Origin: Rickettsiales bacterium
GTDB lineage: Bacteria > Pseudomonadota > Alphaproteobacteria > Rs-D84
Assembly (NCBI GenBank): GCA_031262525.1
Contig: JAISHM010000013.1
Location: 1 to 48,539, forward strand
Length of the DNA stretch: 48,539 nucleotides
Direction: 5' to 3'
The notes beneath the pieces were generated by a model, which ran no database searches, was not told the DNA's origin, and saw only the letters and a list, made by a program, of their open reading frames with translations. Shown one piece after another: positions 16,285 through 25,667 of this stretch. The translations under genes and the position numbers were made by a program. Every line of letters begins with the position of its first letter. Within the stretch, counting starts at the first letter, position 1.

Positions 16285-17559
16285 CTAATCTGACGATAAT
16301 AATTCGCCAGACTTTATATATTCCGGTGAATTTTTTTGTAATTTTTTTTGCGCGCTGCGTGCATATTTTTTTGTATTTTTTTTATCCCCGATTAAATGAT
16401 AGTATTCCGCGCGCGCCCAGTCGCTGCGTGCATCATCGCCATACGCCAAAACCAAAACCCAATACGCCAGTGGGGTTGGCTGGGTCAAAATAGCGGTGCG
16501 CGCCAGTTCCATTGCACGTGTAATGTCGTCGGATTTTTTTCGTTCGGTTAAAACCAATGCCAGCGCGGTCTGAATCTGGGGTGCATCTTTTATCAGTTTT
16601 AATGATTTTTCATACGCGGCCACGCTGTCATCATAGTGTCCAAACTGATATTCAATATCGCCCAGTAATTCATAAAAATATGGATTGTTTTTATGCCGCG
16701 AAATCAGCGTTTTTGTGCCTGTTTCCGCGTCCGTCAAATTTCCACTGCGCATTTGTCGAATTGCGTGTGCATACAGCGCGGCGTCCGATTTATCCGAATT
16801 CGGATATTTTGATAGAACCATATCGTTTGTTCCCATGTACCCAATCAGTTTTGCGCGAATCATTTCATAATTTTCATCGGATTTTATTTTTCTATTTGCG
16901 GATTTTCCAATTTTTTCACGCGCGTTTTGCAAACGCGCCGCAGTTTGCGGATGACCAGAGTTCATTGGGTTCATTCGCGTCTCGGTATGTTCCATCATTT
17001 CATTCATTTGTTCCAGGACAACGATAAGAGAATTTGGATTCAGCCCCGCTTTATTTAATAAATTTATTGCGGCATCATCTGCCAGGCGCTCTTCATCACG
17101 CGAAAACGCCATCAGCGATTGCGATGCAACTGACCCCGCGCCCATCATAACGCCTGCGCCCGCCATTGGATTAGCAACCATTAAACCCACCCCCAACGCC
17201 TGCATAATCAGGGAACGCGTCATTTCGCGTTCTTTTTGCGCGGATAATTGTGTAATATGTCCGCCGATTAAATGACCCAATTCGTGCGCGACAACCGCCT
17301 GCAACGCGGCGGAAGATTTAATCTGGGTCAGCAGGCCCGTATAAATAAAAACATCATCGCCACCCGATACAAAGGCATTAAAATCATCAGATGCAATGAT
17401 ATGAATTTTCAGACGACCATCTGGGATATCCGCTGCACGCGCAACGGGCGTCAATAACCTAGCCAAACAATTTTCAATTTCTGTATCGCGGATTTCGGTT
17501 GCGGCAAACACTGGCACGCAAAAAATTATAAACAAAAAAATCAACAACATTCTTCTCAT
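16285..17559 (-). CDS. M48-family Zn metalloprotease with a C-terminal TPR region (BepA/YfgC-like)
   Basis: HELGHLIGGH (HExxH). Signal peptide MRRMLLIFLFIIFCVPVFA from the ATG at 17559. TPR-like C-terminal half. Confidence 0.8.
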   Translation of the reverse strand: MRRMLLIFLFIIFCVPVFAATEIRDTEIENCLARLLTPVARAADIPDGRLKIHIIASDDFNAFVSGGDDVFIYTGLLTQIKSSAALQAVVAHELGHLIGGHITQLSAQKEREMTRSLIMQALGVGLMVANPMAGAGVMMGAGSVASQSLMAFSRDEERLADDAAINLLNKAGLNPNSLIVVLEQMNEMMEHTETRMNPMNSGHPQTAARLQNAREKIGKSANRKIKSDENYEMIRAKLIGYMGTNDMVLSKYPNSDKSDAALYAHAIRQMRSGNLTDAETGTKTLISRHKNNPYFYELLGDIEYQFGHYDDSVAAYEKSLKLIKDAPQIQTALALVLTERKKSDDITRAMELARTAILTQPTPLAYWVLVLAYGDDARSDWARAEYYHLIGDKKNTKKYARSAQKKLQKNSPEYIKSGELLSSD

Positions 17560-17644
17560 ACCACTAACTTTACAAAAAAATCCCCGAACGGCGCAAGGGC
17601 GATTTTTTGTTGAACTTTGCCGTAAAATATTGTAGATTATCGGT

Positions 17645-18190
17645 ATGAGACAGATAAACGAGCAACAGGAAAAATGGATTTCCGCGATGCTGTCCTTTCG
17701 CGACGGCACGATGGTTTTGCCCGGTATTTTTTGGAAAGATATAAAACAAAACCAAATATACCCGACATTTACCGAAGAAAACGCAGTATCGGTTGTATTA
17801 AAACAAATGAATAAAAATCCAAACTTTTGGAAATATCTGATAAATAATTATAGCGAATATAATTCTTTTTCATTGGCACATAAATACAATAATATGCTGG
17901 TTTCTGCGGCCGAAAACGAAGTTGCAATAAAATGGGATATTCAGAAAATAATAACCCATTCAAAAAAAGATTCTAAATATTATTACGACATAAAACCATT
18001 ATTCGAAGTTATCACCAGAATATGTGATAAAAATCTATCATGTTTTAATGACAAAGATTCTGAATATAATTATCGCAATGATATTATTGAGTATATGTTT
18101 AATAAATATCCAGATAAACTAAATTCATTAAATTCGCAAACTCAGTTTGGACCGATTGGGGCTTTTTTTAATAAAAATGACGGACGCTGA
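17645..18190 (+). CDS. hypothetical protein
   Basis: 181-aa AT-rich ORF with no motif I recognise, followed by a strong terminator. Confidence 0.45.
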   Translation: MRQINEQQEKWISAMLSFRDGTMVLPGIFWKDIKQNQIYPTFTEENAVSVVLKQMNKNPNFWKYLINNYSEYNSFSLAHKYNNMLVSAAENEVAIKWDIQKIITHSKKDSKYYYDIKPLFEVITRICDKNLSCFNDKDSEYNYRNDIIEYMFNKYPDKLNSLNSQTQFGPIGAFFNKNDGR

Positions 18191-18194
18191 TAAT

Positions 18195-18219
18195 AAAATG
18201 TGGGCATTGCCCACATTTT
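18195..18219. terminator. bidirectional intrinsic terminator between the hypothetical gene and clpB
   Basis: AAAATGTGGGCA-T-TGCCCACATTTT, a 12-bp stem that overlaps the clpB stop codon. Confidence 0.65.
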
Positions 18220-20275
18220 ATTTTATCACCAGTTCTTTTCCCACGACATCTATATCAACAACACCGCCGTCCGAAATTTCACCAGACAGGATTTTATCGG
18301 CGATGGGGTCCTCGACTGCGGACATTATAAATCGGCGAAGCGGGCGTGCGCCATACGCCATATCAAGCCCATTCATTCCCAGCCACTCTATCGCCTTGTT
18401 CGAAATATGTAATTCTATACGATGATTATCTTGCAGCAGCCGCGCCAATCGGTCTGTTTGGATTTTTACAATCGCCGGCATTTGCGCCGCAGTCAGGGCG
18501 TTGAAATATACAAACTCATCGATACGATTTATAAATTCTGGCGTAAATCGTCTTTTAACTGCGACCGAATCTTTCAGATTGCTGGTCATCACGATGATGG
18601 TATTAGAAAAATTCACAATATGCCCCTGACCATCGGTTAAACGCCCATCGTCCAAAATTTGCAAGAATAATTTCAAGACATCTGGATGCGCCTTTTCAAT
18701 TTCATCAAATAAAATAACCTGATATGGACGGCGACGCACCGATTCGGTCAGTGTTCCGCCAGCCTCATACCCGACATACCCGGGGGGACTGCCGATTAAA
18801 CGAGACACGCTGTGTGGTTCCATATATTCGGACATATCTATGCGTGTCATCGCTGTATCATCATCAAACAATTGTTCGGTCAATGCCTTTACCAATTCTG
18901 TTTTACCAACCCCCGTTGGCCCCAAAAACATAAAAGAACCATCAGGACGCCGCGGGTCCGACAAACCCGCACGACTGCGGCGCACCGCACGTGCAACAAC
19001 ACCCACCGCGTCATCTTGTCCGACAACGCGTTTTTTTAATTCTGATTCCAAATTTAATAATCTGGATTTTTCGTCCCCTGTCATTTTTTCCGCCGGCACA
19101 CCAGTCCAGCGACTGACCACCGCGGCAATGTGTTCCACTAATACTGTTTTGTATTCTTTTTCGGTGCGCGCAGATTCAATTTGTTTTTCAATTTCTGGAA
19201 TTTTCCCGTATTGCAATGCGGACGCTTTTTCAAAGTTCCCCGCACGAGTGGCAGATGCAACCTCTGCCTTGGCCGCGTCCAATGCGGCCATTGCGTCGGA
19301 CAGCCCACGCATTTTGCTTTGTTCCGACTGCCATTCCCGTGTTAAATTTTCCGATTCAGCGTTTGCGTCCGCAATCAGTTTTTCCAGGTCGGACAATCGT
19401 TTTTTGCTGTCCGCGTCTTTTTCTTTTTTCAGCGCCTGTTGTTCAATTTTTAACTGCATTAAACGGCGGTCAATTTCGTCCAGTTTTTCTGGTTTTGACG
19501 ATACTTCTATACGCACACGGGCGGCGGCCTCGTCCATCAGGTCAATTGCCTTGTCTGGTAAAAACCGGTCTGTGATATATCTGTCCGACAGACGAACAGC
19601 CGATACAATCGCCCCGTCAGAAATACGAACGCCGTGGTGCGCTTCGTATTTTTCTTTTAATCCGCGCAGGATTGAAATTGTATCGTCCACAGACGGCTCG
19701 TCCACAAAAACAGGCTGGAAACGCCGCGCCAGTGCGGGGTCTTTTTCAATATATTGCCGATATTCGTCCAGAGTTGTCGCGCCCATCGCGTGCAATTCCC
19801 CACGCGCCAACATTGGTTTCATCAAGTTTCCGGCGTCCATTGAACCCTCTCCCTTGCCGGCGCCGACCATTGTATGCAACTCGTCAATAAACAGGATTAT
19901 TGCGCCATTGGCGTCTTTTACCCCTTTCAGAACAGCCTTTAACCTATCTTCAAACTGACCACGGAACATTGCGCCCGCCATCAACGCCCCCATATCCAGG
20001 GATAATAATTTTTTGTTTAATAAACTTTCCGGGACATCGCCTGCGATTATGCGATTCGCCAACCCCTCTACGATTGCGGTTTTTCCAACCCCTGGTTGCC
20101 CGATTAAAACAGGATTATTTTTTGTGCGTCGGGATAAAACCTGAATCGTGCGACGAATTTCTTCGTCACGTCCAATCACAGGGTCCAATTTCCCATCCGC
20201 GGATAACTGGGTAAAATCCGTTGTGTATTTTTCCAAAGCCTGCACTGGCGTTTCTTTTATATCATCTGGATTCAT
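18218..20275 (-). CDS. clpB: ClpB disaggregase lacking the N-terminal domain
   Basis: Two AAA modules ([18 protein letters not shown]) with a coiled-coil middle domain. The protein starts [42 protein letters not shown], which aligns to about residue 150 of E. coli ClpB. The ATG at 20275 has an AAAGGAG RBS. Confidence 0.9.
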   Translation of the reverse strand: MNPDDIKETPVQALEKYTTDFTQLSADGKLDPVIGRDEEIRRTIQVLSRRTKNNPVLIGQPGVGKTAIVEGLANRIIAGDVPESLLNKKLLSLDMGALMAGAMFRGQFEDRLKAVLKGVKDANGAIILFIDELHTMVGAGKGEGSMDAGNLMKPMLARGELHAMGATTLDEYRQYIEKDPALARRFQPVFVDEPSVDDTISILRGLKEKYEAHHGVRISDGAIVSAVRLSDRYITDRFLPDKAIDLMDEAAARVRIEVSSKPEKLDEIDRRLMQLKIEQQALKKEKDADSKKRLSDLEKLIADANAESENLTREWQSEQSKMRGLSDAMAALDAAKAEVASATRAGNFEKASALQYGKIPEIEKQIESARTEKEYKTVLVEHIAAVVSRWTGVPAEKMTGDEKSRLLNLESELKKRVVGQDDAVGVVARAVRRSRAGLSDPRRPDGSFMFLGPTGVGKTELVKALTEQLFDDDTAMTRIDMSEYMEPHSVSRLIGSPPGYVGYEAGGTLTESVRRRPYQVILFDEIEKAHPDVLKLFLQILDDGRLTDGQGHIVNFSNTIIVMTSNLKDSVAVKRRFTPEFINRIDEFVYFNALTAAQMPAIVKIQTDRLARLLQDNHRIELHISNKAIEWLGMNGLDMAYGARPLRRFIMSAVEDPIADKILSGEISDGGVVDIDVVGKELVIK

Positions 20276-20401
20276 CTTATAAACTCCTTTAATTGCAACG
20301 CTACGACGCATCCTTGTGACGCACACATCAGCTTGTCGCTAATAACGCTCCTCGCTGTGTGTTTATTCACTCGGATTCATCTTATTTAACCTTTTTTTTA
20401 G

Positions 20402-20431
20402 ATATATAGTTATTTTTACTTGACTTTCAAG
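20402..20431 (-). promoter_or_regulatory. RpoH (sigma32)-type heat-shock promoter for clpB
   Basis: Minus strand reads CTTGAAA, an 18-nt gap from CTTG, then CTATATAT. This fits the alphaproteobacterial CTTG-N16-18-CYTATNT pattern. Confidence 0.4.
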
Positions 20432-20448
20432 CGATAATAGTTTAATTT
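20420..20448 (+). promoter_or_regulatory. sigma70-type promoter for rpmB
   Basis: TTGACT (20420-20425), a 17-nt spacer, then TAATTT (20443-20448). It overlaps the divergent clpB promoter. Confidence 0.4.
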
Positions 20449-20475
20449 ATCCCCCAGTCAATAAAGGATTTTATC

Positions 20476-20850
20476 ATGCCAAGAGTATGTTCAGTTACAG
20501 GAAAAAAAACACAGGTCGGAATGAATGTTTCACATTCTAACCGCCGCACAAAACGCACATTTCTACCAAACTTACAGAAAATGCGCTTTCACAGCGATAT
20601 TTTGGGCCGCGACTTTTTGTTGCGGATTTCCACAAACGGATTACGCACTTTGACCAAACATGGTGGGTTGGATGCGTATGTTATGTCAAAACCTATTTCC
20701 CGCTTGTCCGATGATATGGCGGCTGTGAAAAAGGCAATTGACAAGAAAACCGCAAAAATTGAAAAGCCAGCGATTGTAAAAAAAACAGCGCACAAACCAA
20801 ACATCAGTGCGCGCTTGGCGAAAAAAGTCGCGGCAAAAAAAGCGAAATAA
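20476..20850 (+). CDS. rpmB: 50S ribosomal protein L28 with a Lys/Ala-rich C-terminal extension
   Basis: MPRVCSVTGKKTQVGMNVSHSNRRTKRTFLPNLQ. Tail is ...AKKVAAKKAK. Confidence 0.9.
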   Translation: MPRVCSVTGKKTQVGMNVSHSNRRTKRTFLPNLQKMRFHSDILGRDFLLRISTNGLRTLTKHGGLDAYVMSKPISRLSDDMAAVKKAIDKKTAKIEKPAIVKKTAHKPNISARLAKKVAAKKAK

Positions 20851-20865
20851 AATTCGCAAAGTTCT

Positions 20866-20950
20866 GGCCTTGTGGCGGAATTGGTAGACGCGCTTGACTC
20901 AAAATCAAGTTCCGCAAGGAGTGTCGGTTCGATTCCGACCAAGGCCACCA
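20866..20950 (+). tRNA. tRNA-Leu (anticodon CAA)
   Basis: 85-nt type II tRNA. Acceptor GGCCTTG/CAAGGCC, anticodon arm CTTGA-CTCAAAA-TCAAG, long variable arm, T arm GTCGG-TTCGATT-CCGAC, encoded CCA. Confidence 0.9.
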
Positions 20951-20985
20951 TCTTTTGTTAAAACTTTGGATGGAAATCCAAAAAT

Positions 20986-21008
20986 AAAACGACCCATCGG
21001 GTCGTTTT
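20986..21008. terminator. bidirectional intrinsic terminator (tRNA-Leu / pduO)
   Basis: AAAACGACCC-ATC-GGGTCGTTTT. A second small hairpin TTTGGAT-GGAA-ATCCAAA precedes it. Confidence 0.7.
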
Positions 21009-21026
21009 ATTTTTGCTTTGTTTTTT

Positions 21027-21569
21027 TTATCCAACCGCCGCAACAATTTTATCATTTGTTGCCAATTCATCATCAAATAAACTTGGCTCGGTCTGCACTC
21101 TCTCGAAACCCTTTACAAACAGGTAATCACTCAATCTGTTCAAGTATTGTTGAATGGGTTGTAAATTCATTCCATATTTTTCGTCCAGCGCGGCATTCCG
21201 TTCCATTTCTATAAATTCTACAACACGCCGTTCCGCCCGCCGGCATATCGCCCGCGCCAAACCAATATATCCACGCGAATTTACAAAAAACGGCGGTATT
21301 GAATTATTATGTGTCGTTATATAATCTTCCAATTGCCAAATTTGTTGCGCCACGCGCCGCTCGTCTAATGTCTTATAATACAAACAACCCATCAGTTCCG
21401 ATAAAAAAGTCTGAATCCCATCAAATTTATCACCACAGGTCCCCAGCGCACACGACAATTCATCCATTTCACCCATAATCCAAATCACAGGGTGCGTCTT
21501 GCTGGCAATCCTGTCTGGATTTAATTGGGTCATTCCAAAATCGCCCTTTTTTGTCGTAATTGTCGCCAT
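21027..21569 (-). CDS. pduO: ATP:cob(I)alamin adenosyltransferase, PduO type
   Basis: TTKKGDFGMTQL...KTHPVIWIMGEMDELSCALG and LNRLSDYLF match the PduO/MMAB family pattern. Confidence 0.8.
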   Translation of the reverse strand: MATITTKKGDFGMTQLNPDRIASKTHPVIWIMGEMDELSCALGTCGDKFDGIQTFLSELMGCLYYKTLDERRVAQQIWQLEDYITTHNNSIPPFFVNSRGYIGLARAICRRAERRVVEFIEMERNAALDEKYGMNLQPIQQYLNRLSDYLFVKGFERVQTEPSLFDDELATNDKIVAAVG

Positions 21570-21603
21570 CTTACTCTCCCTGTTTTGCGCGCATTAATCA
21601 ACA

Positions 21604-23469
21604 TTAAACCAATTCACATCCACCCGCACTGCACGCCGCTTCTTGACCGAAATTTACAAAGTTTTTTTCTTCGGTTATTTCATCCAGATGAAATTCGTAA
21701 TGTTTATCCGCAAACGCTTTGTAAACATCTTCGTTTGTGTCTTCAAACGGCGCCTGTTCGTAATTCGCATCTGAATAAGGCAATAACGAAATCCCCGTAT
21801 AATTATCCCGATTTGCCCACATCCATTCGCGAACCTCGTCCCATTCGTGATTTTTAATACTGCATGTGCATGACACATTGTTATAATTTTCCCCACGGAT
21901 ATGACCCGGCTTTATCCAATGTTCAAACAGATATTTTACCCGTTCCAAAAATTCTATCGCCGTTTCATTGCGACGCGTCACAGCCCCCTCGGGTGCGCGG
22001 ATTACCAATGAAATCACACTCTCTTTATCCGGCTTTCTGGATTCGTCTTCCATCAATTCTGGGAAGTTTTTCATCATATATTCATAAATCGGTTCAATCT
22101 TGTTCATACGAATCCGACGAATATAATGCTTGGCATGCCAGGGATGAATACCACTGGATGTTCCCAACACCAAACTGCCCGTGCCGTCCGGCTTGATAGT
22201 AGTCTGTCGGTCCGCAGTTTTTATTCCAATCGCCCCCGCAATGTCGGCATTAGCCTGTTTTACACTGGCCGCAGCCTGCTCGAAATTCAGGGTTGTTAAA
22301 TCAGGATGCGACGCAATTCCCGTCATTGACACCCCAATCAACGCCATATCATCAGCATTCTTTTTCCACTTTGGGTCTATATACTTAAAGTCTGTATAGG
22401 CCGCCTGTAATGTTCCCAAAACTGATGCATAATATGCCCGCTCGTCAAAGTCTTTTTGCGACTCAACCGTGCCCAAATTTATAGATGTCAAATTACAAAA
22501 ACCCATTGACGGCATTGAAATTTCACAGCACGGATTCACCAGCCAATCATTTGCATTACTCCATACAATCCCCGGTTCGCCCCAGCCGCTTTTCTCACAC
22601 TGGTCAAAAATTTTATCAAAGTCCGCGCGCGTTGTTGTTTGCCGGTCAAACTGAACCGAATTATTTGCCAATGCGCGTTGCGGATTTTCATTCCACCATT
22701 GCCCCTCTTTCGCATGCAACATTAAATCATCGTCTTTATCAAATAAACACAACATACTGCTGCGTCGCACGCCGCCAGACAGCACCGCGTCCGCAATAAA
22801 ACAACATATATCATAACAATCCAAACTGGTCAAACGCGATTCACCCGCCGAAATTTTCCGGTCCAATAACGCCGAAATTTTTCCCAAAGATTCACGCAAT
22901 AAATCCGGTCCAGGCGCAGAACACATTGACGATTTAATCAGTGCCCCCTTTGGACGAATGCGCGAAAAATCAAATTCTATATCACATCCAATAGTAAAAT
23001 AAGCATTTAATAAACTGCGCACGCAATCTGCCCAACCCTCTATCGAATCATCAGGGGTAAATACAATTTTACCACCATTTTTTTCCTTTAATTCTGGTAA
23101 TTTTTCAATAAAGTTCCGACGCACAGAAAAACCAACCCCACAACCACACAACAACAAATAAAACAAATCAGAAAACGCCGACAACGAATCTATGCCAATC
23201 GCAGAACAATTATACATACGCGCATTATTCCGCTTTATCCCGTCCCCACCAAACTGCATACTGCGCATAGACGGCAAAATCTTTTTTTCCATAACCAGTT
23301 CATACGCGCGATTTATCGCATCAGCAACCTGGGGGAATTTTTCCAAATGCATCGCACGATTTCGCAATATGGTTTCTTCCCAAGTCTCGCGCCGTTTTTT
23401 ATCCGGCATATAACGGGAATACTTCATATAATATGTCAGGTCAGATAATAATTTCAGTGATTCGTTCAT
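21604..23469 (-). CDS. nrdJ: adenosylcobalamin-dependent (class II) ribonucleotide reductase
   Basis: 621 aa. The N-terminus YYMKYSRY...RRETWEETI is of the RTPR-like type. The active-site region reads NPCCEISMPSMGFCNLTSINL. The C-terminal redox Cys pair is CSAGGCELV. Confidence 0.85.
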   Translation of the reverse strand: MNESLKLLSDLTYYMKYSRYMPDKKRRETWEETILRNRAMHLEKFPQVADAINRAYELVMEKKILPSMRSMQFGGDGIKRNNARMYNCSAIGIDSLSAFSDLFYLLLCGCGVGFSVRRNFIEKLPELKEKNGGKIVFTPDDSIEGWADCVRSLLNAYFTIGCDIEFDFSRIRPKGALIKSSMCSAPGPDLLRESLGKISALLDRKISAGESRLTSLDCYDICCFIADAVLSGGVRRSSMLCLFDKDDDLMLHAKEGQWWNENPQRALANNSVQFDRQTTTRADFDKIFDQCEKSGWGEPGIVWSNANDWLVNPCCEISMPSMGFCNLTSINLGTVESQKDFDERAYYASVLGTLQAAYTDFKYIDPKWKKNADDMALIGVSMTGIASHPDLTTLNFEQAAASVKQANADIAGAIGIKTADRQTTIKPDGTGSLVLGTSSGIHPWHAKHYIRRIRMNKIEPIYEYMMKNFPELMEDESRKPDKESVISLVIRAPEGAVTRRNETAIEFLERVKYLFEHWIKPGHIRGENYNNVSCTCSIKNHEWDEVREWMWANRDNYTGISLLPYSDANYEQAPFEDTNEDVYKAFADKHYEFHLDEITEEKNFVNFGQEAACSAGGCELV

Positions 23470-23532
23470 AATTTGTGCCTTTATTCCTATTGTTTCTGCC
23501 GAATCTGCGCCCCTCTCCGAATCACAAAAAAA

Positions 23533-23579
23533 TCAGCATATAGTGGTTATTTTGTCCTTTTATACACAATATATAGTAT
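23533..23579 (-). promoter_or_regulatory. candidate tandem NrdR boxes upstream of nrdJ
   Basis: ACACAATATATAGTAT (23564-23579) matches the NrdR box acaCwAtATaTwGtgt at about 14 of 16 positions. A weaker box TCAGCATATAGTGGTT (23533-23548) has its centre 31 bp away. Confidence 0.4.
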
Positions 23580-23871
23580 TTTTGTGTTTTTTAGTAAAAT
23601 TTTTTTCTTGTTTTTTTACATTTATCACTTGACCTGTTGTAATGGCTCTTTTTCAATGTTTTTCATAGCCCGATTCGTGGCCGATGACCTGTGGTCTGGG
23701 GTATGGGGTCTATGGTCCGATGATTTTTATTTTATTTATCTATTACCCTTGTTTAAACATAAAGATTACGAATAAATACCAACGACCCCAGCCCCCAGAC
23801 CTTATTTTTTACTTGCTTTTGGTATAAAAAAGTGTATTATTGCATAAAGTTTTTAACAAAAAGGACAAAAT

Positions 23872-24174
23872 ATGGCAGATATTTATGCAATATTTCAGAC
23901 TGGCGGAAAACAATATCGCGTCAAATCCGGCGACACAATTCGTGTTGAAAAACTGGCTGGGGATGGGAAAATTGAATTTGACCAGGTTCTGATGGTTGGG
24001 GATAAAATTGGCAACCCGTTTGTGGCTGGTGTGATGGTTTCGGCGGAAATAGTTTCCCAGGAACGCGCGGATAAAATTTTGGTATTCAAGAAAAAACGGC
24101 GTCATAACTATCGCCGGACAAAGGGTCATCGTCAAAACATCACGGTCTTGAAAATCACAGGAATAAAGGGGTAA
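23872..24174 (+). CDS. rplU: 50S ribosomal protein L21
   Basis: MADIYAIFQTGGKQYRVKSGDTIRVEKL. Confidence 0.95.
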   Translation: MADIYAIFQTGGKQYRVKSGDTIRVEKLAGDGKIEFDQVLMVGDKIGNPFVAGVMVSAEIVSQERADKILVFKKKRRHNYRRTKGHRQNITVLKITGIKG

Positions 24175-24177
24175 GTT

Positions 24178-24438
24178 ATGGCACACAAAAAAGCAGGTTC
24201 GGCGTCATCAAACGGGCGCGACAGCGCGGGGCGTCGTCTGGGGATTAAAAAAGGCGGCGGACAAAAAGTTATCGCGGGCAATATCATTATCAGACAACGC
24301 GGGACACAATTCCACCCTGGGGAAAATGTTGGAATGGGCAAAGACCATACAATTTTTTCCAAAATAGAGGGCAAGGTCGTGTTCAAGCGCGGAATCAAAG
24401 ACAGAAAAACAATTTCCGTCTTACCAGACGCAAAATAA
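24178..24438 (+). CDS. rpmA: 50S ribosomal protein L27
   Basis: [52 protein letters not shown]. Confidence 0.95.
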   Translation: MAHKKAGSASSNGRDSAGRRLGIKKGGGQKVIAGNIIIRQRGTQFHPGENVGMGKDHTIFSKIEGKVVFKRGIKDRKTISVLPDAK

Positions 24439-24440
24439 AA

Positions 24441-24469
24441 ATCGGGGCATCGCCCCGATTTTTTTTTTA
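24441..24469 (+). terminator. intrinsic terminator after rpmA
   Basis: ATCGGGGC-ATC-GCCCCGAT followed by T10. Confidence 0.8.
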
Positions 24470-24540
24470 CTACAAAATATATTGACAATTATATAAAATT
24501 TATTATACTATTATTATAATATAAAAAAGAGAATAAAAAA

Positions 24541-25245
24541 ATGAACACCTATTACAGAGAGCGCGCAATACAAAATCAAACAAATACTGATTTTGGTGTA
24601 ACAACCGCTAACCTTGAAACAAAAACACTCAAAGACTGGTTTATTCATCAGATGCGCGATTCGTTCAGTATTCTTGGGCAAACCCACAGTGTCAACGGAA
24701 AAAAACAAATTATATCCACAGAATATGCGAATTTATTTGCAGATAATATGCAACCAAATGCGGAATTAACCTCTTGGATGACTTTATTTGCCCAATATAT
24801 GGTATTACAAAAACAAGCCACTGATTATTTGCCTGGGTTGGCCACCCCGAACATCAACGATTTAATGCAACAAATAACAAACCAAAGCAGCCCAGCCACC
24901 GAAAGATTCCTATACTGGTTCGATTTTCCAATAGATTTTTTAAGACAACCAGGCATCGCCAAATATATCCAAAATATAAAACGTGATATAAAAGATACAA
25001 TACACACATTTACGTCAAACAATATTAAATATCCAGATGTAAAATTGGGTTATCGTGAATATTTTTTTGTTCCAAATTTTACAGAAATTTATTGCACGAC
25101 AAACAACAAACAATCTATAAAATTATCAGACACCCTGATTTGCATAGCGGACAAGACAAAAAAAATACCAACCAGATATTATTCTTTGATGATGTGCCAA
25201 AAATTACCTGAAACAATTTTCATCAAATCTAATAATGGAAAATAA
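24541..25245 (+). CDS. hypothetical protein
   Basis: 234-aa ORF with no recognisable motif. TTGACA at 24482 lies upstream. Confidence 0.45.
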   Translation: MNTYYRERAIQNQTNTDFGVTTANLETKTLKDWFIHQMRDSFSILGQTHSVNGKKQIISTEYANLFADNMQPNAELTSWMTLFAQYMVLQKQATDYLPGLATPNINDLMQQITNQSSPATERFLYWFDFPIDFLRQPGIAKYIQNIKRDIKDTIHTFTSNNIKYPDVKLGYREYFFVPNFTEIYCTTNNKQSIKLSDTLICIADKTKKIPTRYYSLMMCQKLPETIFIKSNNGK

Positions 25246-25249
25246 AAAA

Positions 25250-25435
25250 TCAGTGAAAACGGATACCCCATAGCGACATCAAAGAAAGTTTCTGTTTTTT
25301 ATTAAATTCTTCTGTGACACCAGATAAATCTTTTGCGATTGCCCGGTCCAGTGCATAACTTTCGTCTTTTGATAAAAATTTTATTTTTCCTTCTTCATAC
25401 AACTTTTTCAAGGTTTCTGCGATTCTGCTTTGCAT
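25250..25435 (-). CDS. hypothetical small protein
   Basis: 61-aa ORF tightly packed downstream of the DUF1653 gene (2-nt gap). Confidence 0.35.
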   Translation of the reverse strand: MQSRIAETLKKLYEEGKIKFLSKDESYALDRAIAKDLSGVTEEFNKKQKLSLMSLWGIRFH

Positions 25436-25437
25436 AA

Positions 25438-25659
25438 TTATAACACCTCTGTAAATCTGGGGATTTTTTGACCATTTATTTCAACCATTTCATTCCATAT
25501 ACTGACGGGACGAACCCATGTTTGACCATAGGGAAATTCCCCTTCATATAATGCTTGATACACAACTAAATCGGATAAATCCTCGCTATGTTTTGCCAGC
25601 GCAATAACTTTGTATTTATTGCCCTTGTAATGCTGATATATTTTTCCGACCTGTATCAT
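25438..25659 (-). CDS. DUF1653-family protein
   Basis: YQHYKGNKYKVIALAKHSEDLSDLVVYQALY...WVRPVSIWNEMVEINGQKIPRF matches the DUF1653 pattern. Confidence 0.7.
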   Translation of the reverse strand: MIQVGKIYQHYKGNKYKVIALAKHSEDLSDLVVYQALYEGEFPYGQTWVRPVSIWNEMVEINGQKIPRFTEVL

Positions 25660-25667
25660 TGTTTATT

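Noticed and set aside
18840-19958. 372-aa ORF on the plus strand
   Set aside because: It lies entirely antisense to clpB, whose AAA+ motifs are unambiguous. The translation is low-complexity (Ser/Ala/Arg-rich) with no motifs, as is typical of a shadow ORF opposite a coding strand.
23470-23560. Cobalamin riboswitch in the nrdJ leader
   Set aside because: The space between the likely promoter/NrdR boxes and the ATG is under about 100 nt, too short for a roughly 200-nt B12 element. No B12-box-like GC-rich core is visible.
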